A stretch of DNA of 64,000 nt, taken from contig CBDFKD010000002.1 of assembly GCA_965248695.1 (NCBI GenBank), forward strand, positions 2,848,001 to 2,912,000, in the 5' to 3' direction. Positions 9,988-19,482 of the stretch are shown here, one piece after another. The stretch comes from Acidobacteriota bacterium (GTDB taxonomy: Bacteria > Acidobacteriota > UBA890 > WLXD01). A model generated the notes under the pieces. The model made no database searches. It worked only from the letters and a program-made list of their open reading frames with translations, and was not told the DNA's origin. Every line of letters begins with the position of its first letter. Positions within the stretch are counted from its first letter, which is position 1. The position numbers and the translations under genes were made by a program.

Positions 9988-10923
9988 CTAGTCGTCAGCG
10001 GGGCCTCCGAACGAAGCACTTCCGTGAGCGTACGCGTTGCAATTGTGGCGCGGCAACGCGTAGCGAGCCGACTCGGCAATCGGCGTGTCGATGTCGGCAT
10101 CTTCGACGGCGAACGCGAACGGATGTCCGGCCTCCGCCACAACCCTCTCGGAGGTCTGATCGAAGGCCTCGTGGATCCCATGCGGATAGCAGTACCCCCA
10201 ATCGAGATGGCCAACGAGCGACTTGATGAGATCGCAGGAAGCTTCGACCTCCCGCCTCTGGGCGTCCTCTTGCAGGTGGCTGAGGATGGCATGGCTGAAG
10301 CCGTGACCGCCTACTCCCATGCCTGCCTCGCAGAGATGCCGCACATCAGCATCGTCCAGGTAGAGCGTCCGCCATTCAGGCAACGTTCCCTCGAAGGCGT
10401 AGTCGAACAAGCCTCGAAGCGCCTCGCGGCGCGACTCTGAAGAGAGCTCCCAGTTGAACAGCCGCTTGATGCGCTTCGTCGGCGTGTCCGAGGGCTGTCC
10501 GACGTAGTGACCCATCCGAGCCTTGTCGATCTCCGGGAGCAGCTCTGGGTGGGCCGCGCGGACCCAGTCGAGGGCTTCGGCGCCACCCAGTCGCCCTACT
10601 GCGAGATGCAGCTTGTGGACATCGAGGAACTCGCCCGTCGTGATGGGACCAGCCGGCACATAGAAGATGCCGAAGATCTTCCTGGCCTGCAGTGCCGGCA
10701 GGACATGGGCGACGTGATCACGGAACCCATCGTCGAACGTCAGCAGCACTCCGGACGGCGCCGCACCTCCGGCAGTCCACTTCTCGAAGGAGTCCCGGTC
10801 AACGAATCCGTACACCTCGGCAAGGTAGTCGAGCTGCTGCTCGAAATGCCGTCTTGCCAAGTACGGAAAGTGCGGAAGACCTGGAGCACTAGGTCGCACG
10901 TAGTGGTACATCAGCGGCTTCAT
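9988..10923 (-). CDS. Polysaccharide deacetylase (CE4/NodB-like)
   Basis: LMYHYVR, LLTFDDG, GGHGFSH, YCYPHG motifs; likely start ATG 10923. Confidence 0.9.
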   Translation of the reverse strand: MKPLMYHYVRPSAPGLPHFPYLARRHFEQQLDYLAEVYGFVDRDSFEKWTAGGAAPSGVLLTFDDGFRDHVAHVLPALQARKIFGIFYVPAGPITTGEFLDVHKLHLAVGRLGGAEALDWVRAAHPELLPEIDKARMGHYVGQPSDTPTKRIKRLFNWELSSESRREALRGLFDYAFEGTLPEWRTLYLDDADVRHLCEAGMGVGGHGFSHAILSHLQEDAQRREVEASCDLIKSLVGHLDWGYCYPHGIHEAFDQTSERVVAEAGHPFAFAVEDADIDTPIAESARYALPRHNCNAYAHGSASFGGPADD

Positions 10924-10984
10924 CACACACGGTCCCGTCGCATGGAGGTCTCGCCCGCCCGGGCGCCGACCGAAGATAGCCAAG

Positions 10985-13249
10985 CTACTCTACGAAGACT
11001 TCCTCTCCTGCCTCGATGGCGTCCAGGACCATGCGCGCGATCTCAGGACGCATGAACCAATCCGGAGGCGCCTCGCCGCGCTGGAACCTGCTGCGAGCCT
11101 CGCTGCCGCTGATGTGGAGTTTCTCGTTGTCGGCGTGATGGAGAGTCCCGTCTTCTTCCATGTGGGCCCCGTGTTTCCGGGAATAGAAGACCGAATCGAA
11201 CTTGACCACCTCAATTCCCAGGTCGGGAAACCTGTCGAAAATCTCGTGCGAGGCGTGCGGATCGTACGACGTCCCGGCGCCTGTATGGTCCCTACCAACG
11301 ATGAAGTGCGTGCAACCGAAGTTCTTCCTGCATATTGCCGTGAAGACCGCCTCGCGGGGCCCTGCGTAGCGCGAGAACGTCGACAGCGTGGCGAACACCA
11401 CTTTGTCCTTCGGATAGCAGTGCTGGACCATGTACTCGTAACTCTTGACGATGTACTCGTTGCGAAAATCACCGCTCCGCTTCTTACCGATTACTGGATG
11501 GACGAACAGTCCGTCGCAGTGCTCTTTCTCGAGCGCCGCAAGCTGAATGTACTCATGGCTCCGATGGATCACATTCCGCGTATGAAAACCGACGACCTTG
11601 GTCCACATCCGCTCGCTGAACAACCTCCGAACCTGCCGCGGAGTCAACTCGTACCCCCTGTGATCCGAGATACTCCTCCGGAAGAGGCTGATCCGTCCCC
11701 CGAGGAAGAACGGCTGCAGCGCTAGCGCCCATGCCACACCGGGGTGCGCGGTGTCCGTCGTTCCATAGATCTTGTCGCAGAAACGCTCCCTATCGAACAG
11801 GTAGCTGTCACTGACGTCCAGCGTCCCGACGATGCCCTCGTCGTCGGCTAAAGCGACGGTGTCGCCGGACGCGATCTGGTCTGCGGTCTCCTTGTCCACA
11901 TCCAAGACCAGTGGGACTGTCCACAGGACGCCCGAAGGAAGCCGCATGTCATCGAGCACGCCGCCGAGCTCGCTCTCGGTCATGAATCCATCCAGCGGAC
12001 TGAACGTTCCGATGGCGATTTGCTCGAGGTCCATCAGCTGGTTGGCGTTCAGCACTATCTTCTGCAGCGAGTCCAGCTGAGCGCTCCCGCCGGCGGGCTC
12101 GCCTACGAGTCGATCAACGAGGATACCCCCGTGCGGCGCCACCAACGTGGAGCCGCTGGCATCGTCGAGGAGATAACGGATGTCCCGAGGCTGCTTCGCT
12201 CCGGGTACCTGCTCGATCCCTTCGAGAATCCGCTGCGCGTCAACCGCCCGGACCTGCTCGAAGAGCTTGTTCATCATCGACACACACTCCATCGGGAATC
12301 TTCCGATCGCGGTCTCGGCGGAGAGAATGACCCCGCTCGCGCCATCGAGCAGCGTGGCAATGACGTCATGCACTTCCGCTCGGGTGGGCCTGTTCTTCGC
12401 GACCATCGTTTCCAGGAGATTGGTCGCGACGAACACGTCTTTGCCCATCCGGGCTGCACGCCCGAGGACGATCTTCTGCGCGATCGGGACCTTCTCGATC
12501 GGGATCTCTTTGCTGAGGTCACCACGATCCAGCAGGAGAGCGTCCGACGCTTCGATGATCTCATCGAGTCTTTGTAGCGCGTCGGTACACTCGATCTTGG
12601 AGATGATCCTCATTCTTGATTGCGTCGCTTGGCGTACTGCGTCAACCGATGCGCCACCACGGACGAATGACACGGCAATGTCCTCTACGTTCGCCGCCAA
12701 GCCGATCTCGATCGATTGATAGTCCTTCTCGGACAGCGGGGGAAGGGCGAGTCGCCTGTCACCAGACGCCTCGATCGCCACCGCTTTGTTGCTCCCCAAG
12801 CTCCCGGACGTCAGCGCCTTGGCGCGAATATGACCCTTGCTGCTACTGCTGGTGTCGAGAACCCTCAAGATGAGCGACTCGAAATCCACGTACAGGAGAT
12901 CTCCCTCTTCGAGCTGCTCCACGACATGACTCGGGTGCAACGAGATTCCCTGCTGATCTCCCATCACCTCCCGCGTGAGGATCCTCAGATCGTCTCCCTC
13001 CCGAAGCTCCAATGACCCTGTGCGAACGCGCCCCGAGCGCACCTGCGAGCCCTCGGTATCGATGATGAACGGAATTCCGACTTTCTTCGAGAGATCGATT
13101 GACCGTTGCAGATCGTCCAGGCTCGAATGCGACATATTGACGCGGACGAAATCCACGCCCTTGTCTTTGAGCTTCCGCAGGGCAGCCTCGGTATTCGTCG
13201 CAGGCCCGAGCGTGACGATGAGCTTTGGCTTTCTCCACATACGATTCAT
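10985..13249 (-). CDS. Pyruvate kinase-like::sulfate adenylyltransferase (Sat) fusion
   Basis: N-half: VTLGPAT, RVNMSH, ISKIE, DRGDL, PTRAE, LSAETAIGRFP (PK barrel). C-half: PHGG, FSPLDGFM, HTRNVIHRSHEY, YAGPREA, HFIVGRDH, FMRPEI (Sat). One continuous ORF. Confidence 0.92.
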   Translation of the reverse strand: MNRMWRKPKLIVTLGPATNTEAALRKLKDKGVDFVRVNMSHSSLDDLQRSIDLSKKVGIPFIIDTEGSQVRSGRVRTGSLELREGDDLRILTREVMGDQQGISLHPSHVVEQLEEGDLLYVDFESLILRVLDTSSSSKGHIRAKALTSGSLGSNKAVAIEASGDRRLALPPLSEKDYQSIEIGLAANVEDIAVSFVRGGASVDAVRQATQSRMRIISKIECTDALQRLDEIIEASDALLLDRGDLSKEIPIEKVPIAQKIVLGRAARMGKDVFVATNLLETMVAKNRPTRAEVHDVIATLLDGASGVILSAETAIGRFPMECVSMMNKLFEQVRAVDAQRILEGIEQVPGAKQPRDIRYLLDDASGSTLVAPHGGILVDRLVGEPAGGSAQLDSLQKIVLNANQLMDLEQIAIGTFSPLDGFMTESELGGVLDDMRLPSGVLWTVPLVLDVDKETADQIASGDTVALADDEGIVGTLDVSDSYLFDRERFCDKIYGTTDTAHPGVAWALALQPFFLGGRISLFRRSISDHRGYELTPRQVRRLFSERMWTKVVGFHTRNVIHRSHEYIQLAALEKEHCDGLFVHPVIGKKRSGDFRNEYIVKSYEYMVQHCYPKDKVVFATLSTFSRYAGPREAVFTAICRKNFGCTHFIVGRDHTGAGTSYDPHASHEIFDRFPDLGIEVVKFDSVFYSRKHGAHMEEDGTLHHADNEKLHISGSEARSRFQRGEAPPDWFMRPEIARMVLDAIEAGEEVFVE

Positions 13250-13289
13250 GCTGTACGCCGTCTGGCTCTGTTTGCCGTGGGTCGGTGCC

Positions 13290-14198
13290 TCAGATTTCCA
13301 CTTCGTATTTTTCGAAGACCTGGCCCCGCAAATCCGTCGTGGCCGCGTCAATTGCCTGTGCTAGATCCGCGGCAATGTGGTGCCGCCAATCGCCAGCCAC
13401 GCCCTTGCGCATGGATTCGCCTCGATCTTCCTCACCGCGCTTTCGGGAACCGTTCTCCGCATGTCGGCGAGTCATTTGCTCGAAAGAGGCGGCGTGGACC
13501 ATCTGTTCAACGACCGCGCCCGTGGCCTCTACTTCCAGGTAGTCGAGGACGCCCCTGGTAACCTCGAGCGGACTGGTGGACATCCGTTCATAGGTGATGC
13601 AGTGCACGCTTCCAGCGTATTCCAGTAGGGCCTCGTACTCCTTGATGATCCTGCTCTCCAAGTATTCGTGGGCGAACGCCGAGGTTATCTCTCGTTCCTT
13701 TTTTCTGCCCTTCCGCAGATTGCTGAAATGCCAGGAAGTGAGCTTGTCTTTGGGGTCTCGGATACAACAGATCTTCTTGATGGAGGGATAGAACGAGTCG
13801 ATGAAGTCGAGATGAAAAGTGTACGCGGGCGACGATTCACCCACTAGCGCCTTGTCGCCGCGTTGCTCGTCGCAATAGTCGCTATAGCGGTTCACCATCA
13901 GGCGGTAGAACTCCGCCTTCGAAACCTCGTCGGCAAGCGGAATGAGGTCGGCGAACACCTTGCCGAACTTGGTCAAATAGTCAGAGAGGGGGCGTACGAA
14001 CCGGTCCGCAGTATCCGGCTCGAGGCTGGCAATCGTGTTGAAGAAGTGGACCTCACCGGCGCGGCGCTCGTGGGCAGTGACCATGAACGGCAGGCTCGGG
14101 AAACTCGCAATGTTCGGATGCTCGTTCAACGTCGCAGACGTCCACAGCGTTCCGCTACGCTCGTGTCCGACGATGAGGAAGTCGGGGCGCAATCTCAT
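13290..14198 (-). CDS. PAPS-dependent sulfotransferase
   Basis: 5'-PSB loop IVGHERSGT, 3'-PB motif IRDPKDKLTS, C-terminal RKGVAGDWR. Confidence 0.9.
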   Translation of the reverse strand: MRLRPDFLIVGHERSGTLWTSATLNEHPNIASFPSLPFMVTAHERRAGEVHFFNTIASLEPDTADRFVRPLSDYLTKFGKVFADLIPLADEVSKAEFYRLMVNRYSDYCDEQRGDKALVGESSPAYTFHLDFIDSFYPSIKKICCIRDPKDKLTSWHFSNLRKGRKKEREITSAFAHEYLESRIIKEYEALLEYAGSVHCITYERMSTSPLEVTRGVLDYLEVEATGAVVEQMVHAASFEQMTRRHAENGSRKRGEEDRGESMRKGVAGDWRHHIAADLAQAIDAATTDLRGQVFEKYEVEI

Positions 14199-14403
14199 TT
14201 GACGTGCCTTATGGTTTCGGGACGTGGTCGGCGAGGCGATCCGATCGAACTGTCTGGATGAGCGCGGCCGTTCCTACTCCCAGGACAACATTGCTGGAGA
14301 GCTCTCGCGGCGCAGCAAGGCTTGCAGCGTGCACGCCCGACGAGGATCGCAAGCGGGGCGGACGACTGCAATCGGCTCGGTCCGCGCGGCTGGTGAACAG
14401 CGC

Positions 14404-15126
14404 TCAGAGGGCATCCGAGGATGCCTCTGTCGCCAGCCATTCGGCCAACCGGAGCTCGAATGGATCGTCAATGTTGACGACCGGACGCTTCACGATCACG
14501 GCGGCCGCGTCGCAATCGATGATCCGACCCTCGTCGAGCAGGTGGCGCCGGGTCACCGAGTAACAAAGACCGTTGCGGTGATAGTACTGCGGCACGCTTT
14601 GCCGCAAGCTGTGTTGCGAGCCGTCTTCACGGTAGAAGCCGATCAGCCCATCGTCAGACACAGTCAGGGTCTTGTGGGGAGTGTAGTGCGCCGGCGTGGG
14701 ACTCACCGTCGCAGCCGCCGGATGCCCTCCGTCGACCATGGTGCGCACCGTGCGCTCGACGTCCTCCGGACGACGCAGCGGACTCGTAGGCTCCAGCAAC
14801 ACGGAGATCTCGAAGGTCCGGCCCCAGTGCTTCTCCGCCTCTAGCCAGGCATGCCTCCAGGTCTCGACGGAGCCAGCGCGATCCCCGGAAAGTTCAGCAG
14901 GACGGAGGAACGGGACCTCCAGCCCGTGATCCCGACCCTCTGCGGCAATCTCTTCGTCGTCTGTCGAGAGCAGCCGCGCATCGATCCACGGCAGCGCCGC
15001 GGCCGTTCTCGCGGCCCGGGCAACCAGCGACAGACTCGCAACGGTGCACAGGTTCTTTCTTGGAATGCTCTTCGACCCGCCGCGCGCAGGTACGACGGCG
15101 AGCACCGCGAGTCCCTCCGGCGTCAC
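14404..15126 (-). CDS. neuA: Acylneuraminate cytidylyltransferase (CMP-nonulosonate synthetase)
   Basis: VPARGGSKSIPRKN, STDD, PFLRPAELSGD, LEPTSPLR, NIDDPFEL. Confidence 0.93.
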   Translation of the reverse strand: MTPEGLAVLAVVPARGGSKSIPRKNLCTVASLSLVARAARTAAALPWIDARLLSTDDEEIAAEGRDHGLEVPFLRPAELSGDRAGSVETWRHAWLEAEKHWGRTFEISVLLEPTSPLRRPEDVERTVRTMVDGGHPAAATVSPTPAHYTPHKTLTVSDDGLIGFYREDGSQHSLRQSVPQYYHRNGLCYSVTRRHLLDEGRIIDCDAAAVIVKRPVVNIDDPFELRLAEWLATEASSDAL

Positions 15127-16136
15127 GGCGTGGCTGCCTCGGCGCCGAGCTCGACGACGCGCCCTTCAGCGCTGCTGGCTCGAATAGCCTCGACGATTCG
15201 CATCACTCTCGCTCCATCGTCCAACGTACACGTACTCGGCTCGGAGCCCGCGATCACGTCCAGGAACTCGCGCGCCACGGCGACGAACATGTCGTTTCGT
15301 TCGCACGTGAAGACTTCCTCCTGCCACACCTGCTTCCATTCGTGGCCGTACGCAATGCGATTCGGCTCGGCTGACCAAACGAGCGTCCCGTCCTCGCCGA
15401 GCAGACGGATGAACTTCTCGTGCGGCCGGCCATAGAGATCCAGATGCAGGGAGACTTGCAACGAGTCATAGGAGCACAGCGCATCCACGGTGTCGTCGGT
15501 GTCGATCTCGAGGTCGGACAGCTTCGCCACCCTTCCCAGAACCTCACGCGGCATGCCATGAAATCGGACCATCAAGTCAATCCAGTGACTTTCATCGAGC
15601 AAGGCGCCCCCACCCAAAGCTCGACTCGACATGAAGAACTCCTGATACGGCTCCCAGGGGTGCCAGTCCGCAAGGTGGGCCGACATGTGGAACTGAACGT
15701 GCCGTGGAGCTCCAATGACCCCGGCCGCGAGCAGGCTTCGAACGCGCTCCAGGGGCGGCCACCATCGCCAGCAGTACCCTAGAACCACGGGCGTGCCGGT
15801 GGCTTGCTGCGCCACCATCACTCGCTCGGCGTCGGACAGGGAGATTGCGACGGGCTTCTCCAGTAGCACCGGCAGCCGGTCGCGAAGCGCGGCGATCGTC
15901 TGATCGGGATGGAAGCTCGTGGGGGAGCAGATCGCGACGCCGTTCAGACCGCCGGCTCCGAGAGCCTCCTCCATCGTCTCGTGCGCGGCTTCGACCGCGA
16001 CCTCCGCGGCGAGCTCCTCTCGCCGATCTGCCCGTGGGTCGCAACACGAAATGCGACATCCCAGCGCCGAGAGGTTGCGCGCATGCCGTTGGCCCACGCT
16101 GCCGCTTCCGACGACAAGAATGTGCTGTCTCTCCAT
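15123..16136 (-). CDS. Gfo/Idh/MocA family NAD(P)-dependent oxidoreductase
   Basis: VVGSGSVGQRH, LLEKP, GGGALLDESHWID. Confidence 0.9.
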   Translation of the reverse strand: MERQHILVVGSGSVGQRHARNLSALGCRISCCDPRADRREELAAEVAVEAAHETMEEALGAGGLNGVAICSPTSFHPDQTIAALRDRLPVLLEKPVAISLSDAERVMVAQQATGTPVVLGYCWRWWPPLERVRSLLAAGVIGAPRHVQFHMSAHLADWHPWEPYQEFFMSSRALGGGALLDESHWIDLMVRFHGMPREVLGRVAKLSDLEIDTDDTVDALCSYDSLQVSLHLDLYGRPHEKFIRLLGEDGTLVWSAEPNRIAYGHEWKQVWQEEVFTCERNDMFVAVAREFLDVIAGSEPSTCTLDDGARVMRIVEAIRASSAEGRVVELGAEAATP

Positions 16137-16151
16137 CTGCGTTTCTGCCCG

Positions 16152-17696
16152 TTACCTGATACCTGCGACCATGCTCTCGTAGGCGTCCGAGTCGAACGGT
16201 ACCTCGATGAAACCCGGGCCCGACTCCGGGTTCCAAGCCGAGAGTGCTGATTCAACGGCACCCTGTGTCTCTGCCCTTGTCCCGGGAACCCCGAACGCGT
16301 CGAAACCGGCCACCCACGACCGTCCATCCATGACGAGCGGCGATTGTGTCAGCCCATCCCGTAGCGCACGGGTGCGTATCGATCCGAAGGCATTGTCAGT
16401 CATGAGGAGGACCAGAAGGGGTAGTCGATGACGGACGGCGATTTTCAACTCCGAAGGGTACATTCCGACGCTGCCATCGCCGAGCACTACGACGGTGGGT
16501 ACGGTGGAGTCGTGTAGTGCGGCACCGATAGCCATGGGCAACCCGGTTCCCATATAGCGAGCCTGTCCCGACATGAGGCACCAATCTGCCCGGCGGGCGG
16601 GCCAAGCATGCTCCCCGACGGTGCAGAAATACCCCGTGTCCATGACGAGCCTGACGGTTCCCAAGAAGCGTCGGTCCAGGGCCGCGAATACGCTTCCGGG
16701 CAAGAACCCCTGGCTCAGATGGGCATCAAGGTCGGCCAGTGCGCTGCGTAGGCGAGCGCCTCCCCATGCCTTGCCCTGGAGAGCGCCTGCGAGCTCCTCG
16801 AACGCCGAAGCGGGAAGACGAGCCGCGAACGCAAAGCCCTCGACGCCGGGAGTTGCAATGACCTCCACGTTGATCGCCGGACTGGCGAACGGCCGTACAG
16901 CAAGCAGTTCGCGCGCCGTCAGCCCGAGCCCGACCACCACATCGGCCTCGGGCAAGAGACTCGCCTCTGGAGTGAGCTCGAGCCCGCTCCCGGTGTAAAC
17001 GCCTGCCGCGTGTGCGAGCGTCTCGTCCACCAAGCCCTTGGCTGCGGCGGTGGAGAACACCGGGACCTCAAGTCGCGAGAGCTCCCCGCCCCAGTTCTGA
17101 CGGATCGCCAGGCTACCCGCGATGATCGCTGGCTTCCGCGAGCGGCGCACGAGATCGAGGCCCGTTCGGAGGTCGCCTGCCGGTCCCACTCCTGCTGCGA
17201 TTGGCGGCGCTATCGGTGCAGCGCCGTCGGCAAGTTCCAGCAGCACCGGGGCTGGCTCCTCCCGCTCCGCCAAGCTCGCCATCTCGTCGAAGCCCGTCCC
17301 TTCCGGCGTCAGCGAACCCACCGCCTTCGTCACTGCCGAGCACAGCGCTCGATGGTCCAAGCGCTTGTGGGCAACCCACGGCGGCGCTTCTGGAGCGACG
17401 GCCTCGGCGAGGTGCACTAGCGGGAACGATTCGAACCACGCGGCAGCCATTCCTGGCAGGGTGTTGGTAAGGCCAGGCCCCTTGATCGACAGAGAGACTC
17501 CGGCGCGACCGCTGAGCCGGCCGACGGTGGCGGCCATGAGCGCGCCACTGCCCTCGAAGTGCGTGAGGTGAAAGGGAACACCTCGCGCCTCCAGGGCGTC
17601 TATCAACGACAATGTCGCGCCGCTCCCCGGGATTCCGAAGACCTCGCGCACGCCTCGCGCGGTGATGTCATCGGCAAGCTGCTCGAACCGACTCAA
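16152..17696 (-). CDS. Thiamine-diphosphate-dependent enzyme (acetolactate synthase-like)
   Basis: VFGIPG, THFEGSGALMA, GPGLTN, MGTGLPMAIGA, GDG...N ThDP motif. TTG start at 17696 overlaps the upstream TGA. Confidence 0.88.
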   Translation of the reverse strand: MSRFEQLADDITARGVREVFGIPGSGATLSLIDALEARGVPFHLTHFEGSGALMAATVGRLSGRAGVSLSIKGPGLTNTLPGMAAAWFESFPLVHLAEAVAPEAPPWVAHKRLDHRALCSAVTKAVGSLTPEGTGFDEMASLAEREEPAPVLLELADGAAPIAPPIAAGVGPAGDLRTGLDLVRRSRKPAIIAGSLAIRQNWGGELSRLEVPVFSTAAAKGLVDETLAHAAGVYTGSGLELTPEASLLPEADVVVGLGLTARELLAVRPFASPAINVEVIATPGVEGFAFAARLPASAFEELAGALQGKAWGGARLRSALADLDAHLSQGFLPGSVFAALDRRFLGTVRLVMDTGYFCTVGEHAWPARRADWCLMSGQARYMGTGLPMAIGAALHDSTVPTVVVLGDGSVGMYPSELKIAVRHRLPLLVLLMTDNAFGSIRTRALRDGLTQSPLVMDGRSWVAGFDAFGVPGTRAETQGAVESALSAWNPESGPGFIEVPFDSDAYESMVAGIR

Positions 17697-18655
17697 GCAG
17701 AGCCCTCGAGCGCATCCTTGATCTTGGCCGCCGCAACACGGCAAACGACCCGCACGGCGTCGGGACTGAAACCACCGCAATGGGGCGTGATCAAGAGGTT
17801 GTCATGCGAGCTTGCATAGGCCACCAGGGGATCGTCCCCGACGTCGGGCTCGGCCGCCAGGACATCGAGCCCCGCGGCAGCGATATGCCCCGAATTCAGA
17901 CCCCTCAGCAGAGCCGCTTCATCGAGGATCTGACCTCTCGAGGTATTGACAATGACGATACCGGGCCGCGCACGGGCCAGGAGATCTGCCGACACGAGCC
18001 CTTCGGTCTGCTCGGTCAGATGAACGTGGATGGAGACGAAGTCGGCGCGCTCGAACACTGCTTCCAGAGCCACCGGTTCGATGGTCTCGGGGAAATGCTC
18101 GACGAAGGGATCGTGTCCGATGACCTCCATGTCGAAAGCACGCCCATATCGGGCCATCCACGTCCCGATCCGTCCACACCCCACGAGCCCGAGGCACCTG
18201 CCCTTGAGCATTCGCCCGGGGAATTCCTCCCGATCCCAGCGACGCTCTCGGACGTGCCTGACCGCCCCGACCAAGTTGCGTGCACAGGCCATCAACAGGG
18301 CCCAGGAGAGCTCAGCCGCGGGGGTCAGCTCTTGGAGCACGTCCGGGTTGTCCCTGAGCGTCCGCACGACGATCCCGCGCTCGTCCGCCACGCTCTGAGA
18401 AATGTGATCCGAACCCGTTGTCGCGCACGAGATAATGCGCAGGCGGGATGCAGCTGACAGCATCGAATCGCTGATACGGACCTTCATGGATGCGTCGAGA
18501 AACCCCTCGGCGAGAACCAGGGCAGCAGCGACTGCGGCGGGTTCCGCCGCGATGTGCTGGACGTTGGCCACCGGCGTCAGCACCTCGGCCGCGGCCTCGT
18601 AGCCCTCGGTCGCACCGACGTACGCGACCATACGCTCGTCAGTATCGGAACCCAT
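17693..18655 (-). CDS. D-isomer-specific 2-hydroxyacid dehydrogenase
   Basis: GLVGCGRIG, VNTSRG, LDVLAAEP, ITPHCGG. Confidence 0.92.
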   Translation of the reverse strand: MGSDTDERMVAYVGATEGYEAAAEVLTPVANVQHIAAEPAAVAAALVLAEGFLDASMKVRISDSMLSAASRLRIISCATTGSDHISQSVADERGIVVRTLRDNPDVLQELTPAAELSWALLMACARNLVGAVRHVRERRWDREEFPGRMLKGRCLGLVGCGRIGTWMARYGRAFDMEVIGHDPFVEHFPETIEPVALEAVFERADFVSIHVHLTEQTEGLVSADLLARARPGIVIVNTSRGQILDEAALLRGLNSGHIAAAGLDVLAAEPDVGDDPLVAYASSHDNLLITPHCGGFSPDAVRVVCRVAAAKIKDALEGSA

Positions 18656-19482
18656 TAGCCAACCGGCTCAGGCCAGGCCAACGCTCGCTCACCGAGGCAG
18701 TACTGGAGCGTGGCTCGATTCGCCTCGCCAAGCGGTGCCTCCTGGAGCTCGAAGACGGTCACGTCTGCTGGCCCTGCCGGTTCAAACTTCCAGTTCCGGT
18801 AGAGGTGGGCGGCGAGGAAGCGACTCGTGGCGGTGCGCCCGTCGACGATGACGAGCGCTCCGGGCAAGAGCAACGGCTCGATGCGCGCCACGTCGGCGGA
18901 CATCACAACGTAGTCTGGGCAATCCCACGAGACGTTGGCGACATCGCCGTCCACAGCTGCCGGGTCGGGGCCGTCCAGATAGATCAGATCGGGCAGGACG
19001 GCCGGCAGTCGGTCGTAGTAGTGACAGACGCGCCCTTGGAAGGTTCCCGCTGTCGCACCTGAGTGGTGCATCGTGACGAAATCACCAAGGCGTGAGGGAA
19101 GCATCTCCTTCGTGCGCTCGATCCAAGTCTTCGACGTGTCGACAGCGTGCAATTCGAAAGGGGTGGAGTTGCGGAGAACCGGCGGGCTGGACAGACGATC
19201 CCAGTCGCTACGATTCTTCAACAGTGCATCAGCCATCACCACGGTCGAATAACCGAGGCCGAACTCCAGAATCGTAAGGACCCGCCGCTGACGGACCACG
19301 GCGTGCAAGCGTGCGAGATCCGGATAGCTGGGCCGAATACGTTTCGCGTCGCCCTCGCGACCCTCCAGCACCTCCAGGAGACCTTCTCCGCGTAGGTACT
19401 CGAGCGCCCCAGCCTCTCCGTCGGCTGAAAACAACGCGGCGACCTCGCGAGGCCCCAATCCAACCTCACTCACTTGCGTCAA
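18655..19482 (-). CDS. Putative class I SAM-dependent methyltransferase
   Basis: ILEFGLGYST motif I, HAVD, DLIYLDGP, LIVVDGR. Confidence 0.6.
   Translation of the reverse strand: MTQVSEVGLGPREVAALFSADGEAGALEYLRGEGLLEVLEGREGDAKRIRPSYPDLARLHAVVRQRRVLTILEFGLGYSTVVMADALLKNRSDWDRLSSPPVLRNSTPFELHAVDTSKTWIERTKEMLPSRLGDFVTMHHSGATAGTFQGRVCHYYDRLPAVLPDLIYLDGPDPAAVDGDVANVSWDCPDYVVMSADVARIEPLLLPGALVIVDGRTATSRFLAAHLYRNWKFEPAGPADVTVFELQEAPLGEANRATLQYCLGERALAWPEPVG

Noticed and set aside
10985-12145. Marker of dissimilatory sulfate reduction or sulfur oxidation
   Set aside because: No apr, dsr or qmo genes. The adjacent sulfotransferase points to sulfation.
14199-14403. Possible small gene (e.g. a cysC remnant) in the gap between neuA and the sulfotransferase
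   Set aside because: No P-loop or other recognisable motif in the overlapping short ORFs.
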